Origin: Dicyema japonicum | Taxonomy: Eukaryota; Animalia; Dicyemida | Direction: 5' to 3' | DNA: 64,000 bases | Assembly (NCBI GenBank): GCA_011109175.1 | Contig: RDEW01000100.1 | Location: forward strand, 1-64,000 | Part shown: positions 61,719 to 64,000 of the stretch, piece by piece | Layout of the letters: every line of letters starts with the position of its first letter | How positions within the stretch are numbered: position 1 is the first letter of the stretch | Notes under the pieces: generated by a model | Seen by the model: the letters and a program-made list of their open reading frames with translations, nothing else | The model's database searches: none | What the model was told of the DNA's origin: nothing | Made by a program: the position numbers and the translations under genes

Positions 61719-62741
61719 CACAAATATTAATATTATTTAAAAAATAAATCTATGATTAAGATTTATATATAAATATTCTTAAACCCAGGAAACCCGAAAA
61801 CCTCATTTTCATTTTATTTTCTTGATTTAACAAGAATTGATGACCTCAATAGCCGCGTGACGCCATGTGGTGTTTCGTGGCTAATTGGTTGAAGTTTCTG
61901 TTTTGTTCGTCTGTTCCTCCTCTCTCTTCCTATTATGTGATCCACCTGTCTAGGTGGCGCCCAGAAAATGATCATTTACTCTCCCCCACTCTACTGGAGG
62001 GGTTTTCACAACCAACTACACGGAAAAAATCTTCATATACCATTTTTACAACCGACCGTAGACAAAGAATACGCTAGAAATCAGCCTTTATAGATATATT
62101 ATTTCCATGTAGAGACATCCAAAGAATACTGGGAATTACCTTTTACCTATTGATATTTTTTTCCCAGCATGTGAAGAACGTTCTGGTAACGGCTCTCCAG
62201 AAACTCATTTCTAAACTCCCGGACCCAATCGTCAAAAGAATGTGCTGCCTTCTTATATAATCAGCCCTTAAAGTCGACGATGGAATATCCCTGTGCCTCA
62301 TGCTCCTGTGCCCTGTTAAGGTCTACAGGGGTCACTTAATTAGATGGTTTAACTCCTTTCTTGGTGTTCTATTTTTGGGGTTAGATAACAATATTATAAA
62401 TGCGTAGGACTAAAGTGGTCGATGAAGAAAAAGCCAGAAGCGTCATGTGAGAAATGTTCCACGGGAACCCTTAGTCTCTGATCTTGGAGGATGTCTTCAT
62501 GAAAGGCTATTTTGCAGCATCTGGGAAAGGATTCCGTAGACGTTTATATAAGATTATTTTTAGTTATGATGATCTGAGATCAATCCAAAGAACATTGAAG
62601 GACGAAGAAGACCTTGTTTCTTAAGAAATGTATATAAAATCCTTTGTTCAGATGCAAAATACCGATTCTTTTAATTAATTATTTTTATTTGCGTAAAATT
62701 TGATAGAAAATAAAATAAAAAAATTAATTATTATACGTTTC

Positions 62742-64000
62742 ATGTTCTTTTTTGTGTTGTTCTCTTTATTTTCGTCACAATCAAAAATTAGTCCGTTTTA
62801 TGGAGTTCCAACTGAAAGTAATAGGTAAATAATCAGGCAGAGTTGAAACTGTACGAGGGATCAGGGAATTCGTGGTCATGTTTGATTTCTGGTGACAAAA
62901 TTCCTTATAATTACATAAATGATTACTTTTGTGACTGTCCAGACGGCACCGATGAGCCAGGTGCGGATATTATTTATATTTTAAGGGACACCTGCCTGTT
63001 CCAACACAAATATGACTTTTAACTGCAAAAATATATCGGGTTTATGGAGGAAAATATTCCTACTGGACACGTGAACGATGGATTATGCGGTTCGGTAGTA
63101 TCCCTGATTTTCAGATTGTTGTGACGGCTCGGATGAACACGGAAACGTGGCGTCAACAGTCTGTCAGGATTCCTGCAGGTATTTGAATTTTTTATTTTAG
63201 TCAACTAAAATCAGAATATGTAGTGAATTTGAAGGACGAGGTTGAAAAGAGGAACGTAGGGTACCGATTGAGGCTGGAGTACATCTCCGGATTTGAAAAC
63301 AGTGAGGTTAATAACCCGGTTTGTGGGTTTCTCTTAATTTTCAGGAGAAGATGGAAGAATTGTTAAGAAAACTGGGGGAACTGAAGCAAAACGTGACTAT
63401 TTACGAGAGTAGCACTAATCCTTAATTCAAGGATGTCTGAATTTAATAAATTCAACGGAAGACGCAGTTTTGGAGTCTATGGAATGCGACCATGTACTTC
63501 CCGTAGATTATCAGGTTCATGACGATGAAGATCACGAGGATGGTTCACCTAAGGGTCACTCCTTGGAGGAAAATAACGAATGGTACTCTGAGGATGGAAA
63601 ACATCACGTGAGAGAAAAGCCATCCTCTCCAAGTCACCAGAACCCGATGTGTTTGTCGCTTGGGTCCGATATTGATGTCTTTGAGGATCCCGTACAATAT
63701 GATTCCACTGGATTCTCTGCCTTACTACAGGATTATGTTGACAAAGACCACTTGGTTTATGCTAATGCTTTGACGGATGTAATTGTGGGGTTTAATATCA
63801 GTTTATCTATGATGGAGTCTCCGGAGAGATTTCCACAGAGGAAATTAGGGTGAAGTACGAACAGTGGTATCAATTGAACTGTGGTCCTCAGAGCTCCGGT
63901 TTGGTCGAAGTGATTCATTTTAGAATCTTCCGATGTGGAAAACTTTTCGAAAATTGAACGAGGTTTCTTCTTGGTTAAATTTCCTAGGAATCACGTATAA
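62742..64000 (+). CDS. PRKCSH: Glucosidase II beta subunit (PRKCSH-like), micro-introns; at least one frame lesion (extra AT at ~63033); 3' end at the window edge
   Basis: Hydrophobic N-terminus, then INDYFCDCPDGTDEPGTPAC...C.N.GF...IP..HVNDGLCDCCDGSDE (G2B domain), an acidic stretch, and MRH-like VKYEQ...GPQ near the end. Confidence 0.88.

Noticed and set aside
1-64000. Alternative genetic code explaining the stops
   Set aside because: Long ORFs and intact exons read cleanly in the standard code, and the disruptions are mostly indels rather than recurrent in-frame stops.

Overview
AT-rich eukaryotic scaffold with one 135-N gap (33680-33814) and a single N at 35339. Standard genetic code. 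Host genes are split by very small spliceosomal introns, mostly 20-31 nt. That intron size, a MyTH4-FERM myosin VII and abundant CRE/R4/RTE retroelements suggest a reduced animal parasite, such as a myxozoan or dicyemid-type genome; I cannot fix the taxon from sequence alone. Host genes reconstructed by eye: RPS4 and a DDX10/Dbp4 helicase (both heavily frameshifted), a full-length myosin VII, a DOLPP1-like PAP2 phosphatase, a PDCD6/ALG-2 penta-EF-hand protein and glucosidase II beta (PRKCSH). Much of the rest is transposon debris: many CRE-clade, R4/Dong-clade and RTE LINE copies, hAT elements (two with intact 8-bp TSDs), pogo, Tc1 and MULE relics, and a tRNA-derived SINE family. I found no rRNA, intact tRNA, CRISPR array or multi-gene novel system. 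The best leads are: a probable GA-AG micro-intron plus GC-AG introns in myosin; a 59-bp myosin exon/intron piece re-inserted 2.5 kb away between 14-bp direct repeats; a SINE with a 16-bp TSD and an extra hairpin-containing 3' segment; a LINE fragment captured inside a hAT element; a PHD finger upstream of a CRE ORF; and a strongly deletion-biased frameshift pattern that is probably assembly error but is testable. All homology calls come from remembered family motifs, not database searches.
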